From assembly GCA_030539295.1 (NCBI GenBank), contig JAUNSJ010000001.1:1-64000 (forward strand): 64,000 bases of DNA, written 5' to 3'. The notes under the pieces were generated by a model. That model had not been told where the DNA came from. It searched no databases and was given only the letters and a program-made list of their open reading frames with translations. A program made the translations under genes and the position numbers. Positions 60,032-64,000 of this stretch are shown one piece after another. Position 1 is the first letter of the stretch; the number at the start of each line of letters is the position of its first letter. The stretch comes from Planctomycetia bacterium (GTDB lineage Bacteria > Planctomycetota > Planctomycetia > Pirellulales > Thermoguttaceae).

Positions 60032-62476
60032 TAGTGTGCTCGGCGATTCCTCTTGTCGAACGGTCATTCGCCAACAGCGATGGATCCTCTTATTGCGAAA
60101 ATCGTCCGGAACGGTCTGTTTACTGATTTCCCGTATGGCGTAGAGGTCGGTCAAGGCCTCTTCATTGAGTTTAAAGCGACGGAAGTTATTCGAGAAGAAG
60201 ACGACGCCGCCGGGCTTCATGCGAGTTGCCAGGAGCCGTAAAAGTTCGACGTGCCGACGCTGCACGTCCCAATCGCTTTCCGTCGATTTACTATTAGAGA
60301 AAGTAGGTGGATCGCAGACGCACAGGTCGAACTCGCTGCGGTCAATCCCGTAAAAGATGGCCGGCCCTTTCGGGCCAGAGGGGGAGATTGACCGTGGGTC
60401 CGGATTTGTTGCGGCGACCGCACGTTTGGCAGGGGGAAGTGTTTGAAGAAAACGAAGGACGTCGGCCTTAATATAACGATGGTCGCCGCGAGCGCGGTGG
60501 TCAAAGCCATTGGCTTCCATATTGGCACGGGCCCAATCGAGGTAGTTGGGCGAGAGGTCAACGGAAACGGAGGAGTTTGCCCCACCGTCAGCCGCATAAC
60601 AGGTAAAGGCCCCGGAATAGCAAAAGAGGTTCAGAAAACGTTTCCCGGCCGCTGCTCGACGGACCATCTCACGCGTCTGACGATGGTCGAGAAAGAGACC
60701 GGTATCGAGATAATCGGTCATATTGCAGAGGAATTTCAATCCCCCTTCCTGGACCGTCACGATGCGATTGGACTGACTCAACTTCTCGTACTGACTTTCC
60801 CCTCGCTGCCGGGCACGACTCTTAAGAAAAATATTGCCCGGTTCAATTCCGAGGACGTCACCAGCTTTTTCCACCATGAGGTCGAGCCAAAGCCGATGAA
60901 CCGGCGCGGTACGCTGGTCGGGCCGTTCGTACTCCGCGATATGCAAATATTTACCTTCAAAGATATCAATGGCCAGGGGAACTTCCGGGAAGTCACGGTC
61001 GTACAGTCGATAACAGGTAATGCCACGTTTGGGATAACGTCGTAAATGATGAGCACGATTCGTAAGGCATTTTGCGAACTCTTCCGCCTGATATTTCGCG
61101 TAGTCGTCGAGGCCGGCGAAAACCGGCGTCAGACGGGGTGCGGTTGGCGTGGGGTCGGAAGACGCGTGAACCTCCGCGGGGGTCCCCTGCCCTGCGGTTG
61201 GGGACTCTTGCTCCCGGTCCGCGTTCGGGGCGGGCGCCGGTAGTCGGCCCGGTTTTGGACCGAGAAACTGGAAGTAAGTGCATTCCAGGCGTCCATTGTA
61301 GAGCTTGCGCCGACGCGTCGCCTGCTGCCCGATACGCCCTTCAAAATCATTCCACGAAGTGTAGATAAAATGGCTCCAGGTGGGAAGTTTCGACAGGACC
61401 GCCGGCATGGAATCGTAAAGAGGACGATACTGCTCGTGGTCGCCCACGCGGTCGCCGTAGGGTGGGTTGCAAATCACACAGCCAAAGGGACGAGAGTCGG
61501 TCAAGTCCTTAAAGTCGCGCTGGACAAAGGTTATGTCGTCGGCGACGCCAGCCAGTCGCGCATGATATTCGGCCAGGCGGAGCGCCTCGGCGTCGATGTC
61601 GGAGCCGGTAATTTTCATGGTGAGTGAGGGAAGAATGGCTGCGGTCGCCTCGTCGCGAACTTCCTGCCAGTGAGAGGAAGGCATGCAGGGCCAGGCTTGC
61701 GCGGCGAATTCCCGTTTTAAGCCAGGCGCTATATGACGAGCGAGCATGGCGGCTTCGATGGGTATGGTCCCGGAAGCACAAAAGGGGTCGATCAGAGGTC
61801 GATCGGGCGTCCAGACCGAGAGTTGCACCAAGGCACTGGCAAGCGTTTCGCGTAATGGAACCGCGACGTTCATGAGTCGATATCCACGGCGGTGGAGGCC
61901 GCGCCCGGTCGTATCGAGAGTAATCATGGCACGATCTTTAAGGAGCGAAATTTCGACGGTATAGGCCGGTCCGTCTTCCGCAAGTCGAGCTACATGAAAG
62001 GCTTTCGTAAGACGATTGACAATGGCCTTCTTTACTGTGCGTTGGAGTGCCGGGACGCTGGTAATCGTAGAACGAACGGAGCGACCTTCAACGAGAATGG
62101 CCGCGTCGAGGGGCATCCAGTTTTCCCAGTCAATGGCCTCGGCCGCGTGAAACAGGGCGTCGAAATCGTTCGAAACGTCGAATTTCGCGAGCTGGACAAG
62201 GACCTTACCGGCCGTCCGAAGCCAGATATTCGCCCGGGCTATATCGCGAAAAGACCCGGAAAAGAAGGTTCGACCCGTCCCGTCTTCCGAATTCTTCGGG
62301 GCGTATCCCAGTTGTTTCAGTTCCCGCGCGACCACCGATTCGAGTCCCATGGTTGACGTGGCAATCAATGTAAGTGGGCCTGTTATCGGGAGATGTGAAC
62401 TATTCACTCCGACTTGAGCTGGGAAGTGAATGGTCTGTTCCGGGTGTTTATCGTTCGAAAATGAGCCTGTTGTCAT
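60029..62476 (-). CDS. rlmL: Bifunctional 23S rRNA methyltransferase RlmKL (THUMP + m2G2445 MTase fused to m7G2069 MTase), with a Pro/Ala-rich linker insertion.
   Basis: THUMP/N-terminal LIATSTMGLESVVARELKQLGY. MTase motifs DPFCASGTIPIEAAM and VICNPPYGDRVG. Second Rossmann MTase in the C-terminal half. The N-terminus is probably about 30 aa shorter than the ORF. Confidence 0.75.
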   Translation of the reverse strand: MTTGSFSNDKHPEQTIHFPAQVGVNSSHLPITGPLTLIATSTMGLESVVARELKQLGYAPKNSEDGTGRTFFSGSFRDIARANIWLRTAGKVLVQLAKFDVSNDFDALFHAAEAIDWENWMPLDAAILVEGRSVRSTITSVPALQRTVKKAIVNRLTKAFHVARLAEDGPAYTVEISLLKDRAMITLDTTGRGLHRRGYRLMNVAVPLRETLASALVQLSVWTPDRPLIDPFCASGTIPIEAAMLARHIAPGLKREFAAQAWPCMPSSHWQEVRDEATAAILPSLTMKITGSDIDAEALRLAEYHARLAGVADDITFVQRDFKDLTDSRPFGCVICNPPYGDRVGDHEQYRPLYDSMPAVLSKLPTWSHFIYTSWNDFEGRIGQQATRRRKLYNGRLECTYFQFLGPKPGRLPAPAPNADREQESPTAGQGTPAEVHASSDPTPTAPRLTPVFAGLDDYAKYQAEEFAKCLTNRAHHLRRYPKRGITCYRLYDRDFPEVPLAIDIFEGKYLHIAEYERPDQRTAPVHRLWLDLMVEKAGDVLGIEPGNIFLKSRARQRGESQYEKLSQSNRIVTVQEGGLKFLCNMTDYLDTGLFLDHRQTREMVRRAAAGKRFLNLFCYSGAFTCYAADGGANSSVSVDLSPNYLDWARANMEANGFDHRARGDHRYIKADVLRFLQTLPPAKRAVAATNPDPRSISPSGPKGPAIFYGIDRSEFDLCVCDPPTFSNSKSTESDWDVQRRHVELLRLLATRMKPGGVVFFSNNFRRFKLNEEALTDLYAIREISKQTVPDDFRNKRIHRCWRMTVRQEESPSTL

Positions 62477-62854
62477 GCAAGTTGCCTGGTTATGGGATTA
62501 GGTTAAGGTCGACAATAGGACAACACAGTTCCTGTTGCTCTTGCCTCCTTGATGCTCGTTGGAGAAATGCCGCGTTTGCAGTTTTCATGTATCATTGTAC
62601 CAGAAATTCTTCCTTTATCAACAAGGCGGAAGAGATTACCTCGAAAGACAACCGAGCGACAAATTTAACGCACTCTTGACGTCGCGGCGAGGAGGGCTTA
62701 TAATAATAGTTACCGAAGAAAAAATTATATTATGCGGTCAACAATCATTTTCCAGCGTTCGTGCCTGATTCCAATTAAGAATCAGGCTAACCGGGGCATA
62801 ATAGGGCGTGAAAATGAGTACAAGTGAAACATCAGAAAGTAGGGAGTCTGCGAA

Positions 62855-63871
62855 GTGAGAAAGAAAATTCGCTTTTCGGTCGCTTTTTTGCTAATGACAG
62901 GCGTTCTATTGTGGGTATTATGGGAAAATAGGGAAGAACTAAAAGCTCGGTTCATCGCAGCGCCGGCTCCCTTGTCGCTCTCCGGGAACGTCGATGACCG
63001 ACAGGTCAATCTTGCCTTTACGATTGCCGAACGAGTCGCCACAATCCACGTGGAGGAAGGAGATTTTGTTCATAAGGGTGACCTGCTGGGAACACTGGAG
63101 ACGACACGAATTGAGAACCGAATCGCCGAAGCGGAAGCGGTCGTAAACGGTGCGCAAGCGTCGCTGGATAAAGCGGTTAACGGATATCGCAAGGAAGAAA
63201 TTGGCATGGCGGAAGCCGCTGTTGAAATCGTTAAGGCACAAATCAAGGCGGCGGAAAATCAATTCAAACGGAGCCAGAAACTGGTTGCGACCAGTGCCGT
63301 CTCGGAACAGGATACGGAAGACGCGGAAGCCAATTACAAGAAGCTCTTGGCCGAACTTGATCTTGCGCAAACAAACCTGAACCGAATGCTTACGGGGACA
63401 CGCGACGAAGATGTGGCTGCTGCCCGGGCCAACCTGGCACAGGCAACAGCGGCTCTGGCGATCCAACAGCAGAATCTGACCGATACAAAGCTTTATGCCC
63501 CGCAAGACGGAATTATCCGTAATCGTATCCTGGAACCGGGTGAAATGGCCACGCCGCAGACGACCGCGCTGACCTTGGCCATTGTTTCGCCTAAATGGAT
63601 TCGCGTTTATCTGTCCGAACCTCTTCTGCCGAAGATAAAATCAGGTGACAAGGTCAGGATAACAGTGGACGGTCTGCCGGAAAAAGCTTTTGACGGTTGG
63701 GTGGGGTTCATTTCGCCCAGCGCGGAATTTACTCCCAAGAACGTGGAAACGAGAGAATTGCGAACGTCGCTGGTCTATGAAGTTCGTGTCTACGCAGAAG
63801 ATCCGGAAAACATACTCAAACTCGGGGCACCGGCAACCGTAACGTTTCCAGATATAGTGGTAGAACCATGA
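62855..63871 (+). CDS. HlyD-family membrane fusion protein (periplasmic adaptor of an ABC-type efflux system).
   Basis: N-terminal TM anchor. Biotin-lipoyl-like HVEEGDFVHKGDLLGTLE. Long coiled-coil hairpin. Beta-barrel VRITVDGLPEKAFDGWVGFISP. Stop overlaps the next start (ATGA). Confidence 0.8.
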   Translation: MRKKIRFSVAFLLMTGVLLWVLWENREELKARFIAAPAPLSLSGNVDDRQVNLAFTIAERVATIHVEEGDFVHKGDLLGTLETTRIENRIAEAEAVVNGAQASLDKAVNGYRKEEIGMAEAAVEIVKAQIKAAENQFKRSQKLVATSAVSEQDTEDAEANYKKLLAELDLAQTNLNRMLTGTRDEDVAAARANLAQATAALAIQQQNLTDTKLYAPQDGIIRNRILEPGEMATPQTTALTLAIVSPKWIRVYLSEPLLPKIKSGDKVRITVDGLPEKAFDGWVGFISPSAEFTPKNVETRELRTSLVYEVRVYAEDPENILKLGAPATVTFPDIVVEP

Positions 63872-64000
63872 ATTTAATTGATTGCAAGCACTTGACCAAA
63901 ACGTTTAAGGAAGGGCGTGAGACGATTACGGCGGTCGCAGACGTCTCCTTTACGTTGGCCCCAGGTCAACTTGCCGGACTTCTCGGTCCGGACGGTGCCG
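63868..64000 (+). CDS. ABC transporter ATP-binding protein, 5' end only (runs off the window).
   Basis: MNLIDCKHLTKTFKEGRETITAVADVSFTLAPGQLAGLLGPDGA is an ABC ATPase N-terminus leading into Walker A. Confidence 0.75.
   Translation, partial: MNLIDCKHLTKTFKEGRETITAVADVSFTLAPGQLAGLLGPDGA

Overview
The window is a roughly 50–55% GC chromosomal segment, most likely from a member of the PVC superphylum (Planctomycetota, Lentisphaerota or Kiritimatiellota-like). The PVC assignment is an inference from three things: two tandem DUF1559 proteins with a prepilin-type N-terminal methylation motif, a 1,597-aa Chlamydia-Pmp-type autotransporter, and many secreted glycoside hydrolases and proteases.

The gene order, left to right, is:
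- an IS630-like transposase fragment, then flotillin, then etfB-etfA-acyl-CoA dehydrogenase;
- an AT-rich (horizontally acquired-looking) island at about 7.8–14.4 kb. It contains two copies of a 143-bp repeat, each carrying a consensus sigma70 promoter, RBS and start codon. The copies head two small-ORF cassettes, one with an unmistakable RHS-repeat-associated core motif, i.e. an orphan polymorphic-toxin tip. A multi-TM protein and an LRR protein bounded by two TM segments follow;
- DUF2461, an HEXXH metalloprotease with an acidic insert, an HtrA-like protease and an ABC exporter;
- a block of secreted carbohydrate-active proteins (DUF386, two hydrolase-like proteins, a beta-helix protein, a 1,140-aa GH2), interleaved with a lipoprotein and two tandem DUF1559 pseudopilin-like paralogs. 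The second paralog's start is put out of frame by a C10 homopolymer;
- a dense signalling cluster: a CheB-CheR-coiled-coil-PAS fusion interrupted by a 1-nt frameshift, three hybrid histidine kinases, an Hpt protein and a Hanks-type Ser/Thr kinase;
- a CNNM/CBS transporter, the Pmp-like autotransporter and LarC;
- a perfect TTGACA-N17-TATAAT promoter driving an AT-hook plus Arg/Asp-rich disordered protein;
- a winged-helix protein, an SGNH hydrolase, RlmKL, and an HlyD-like membrane fusion protein with the 5' end of an ABC ATPase.

No rRNA, tRNA or CRISPR array was recognised.
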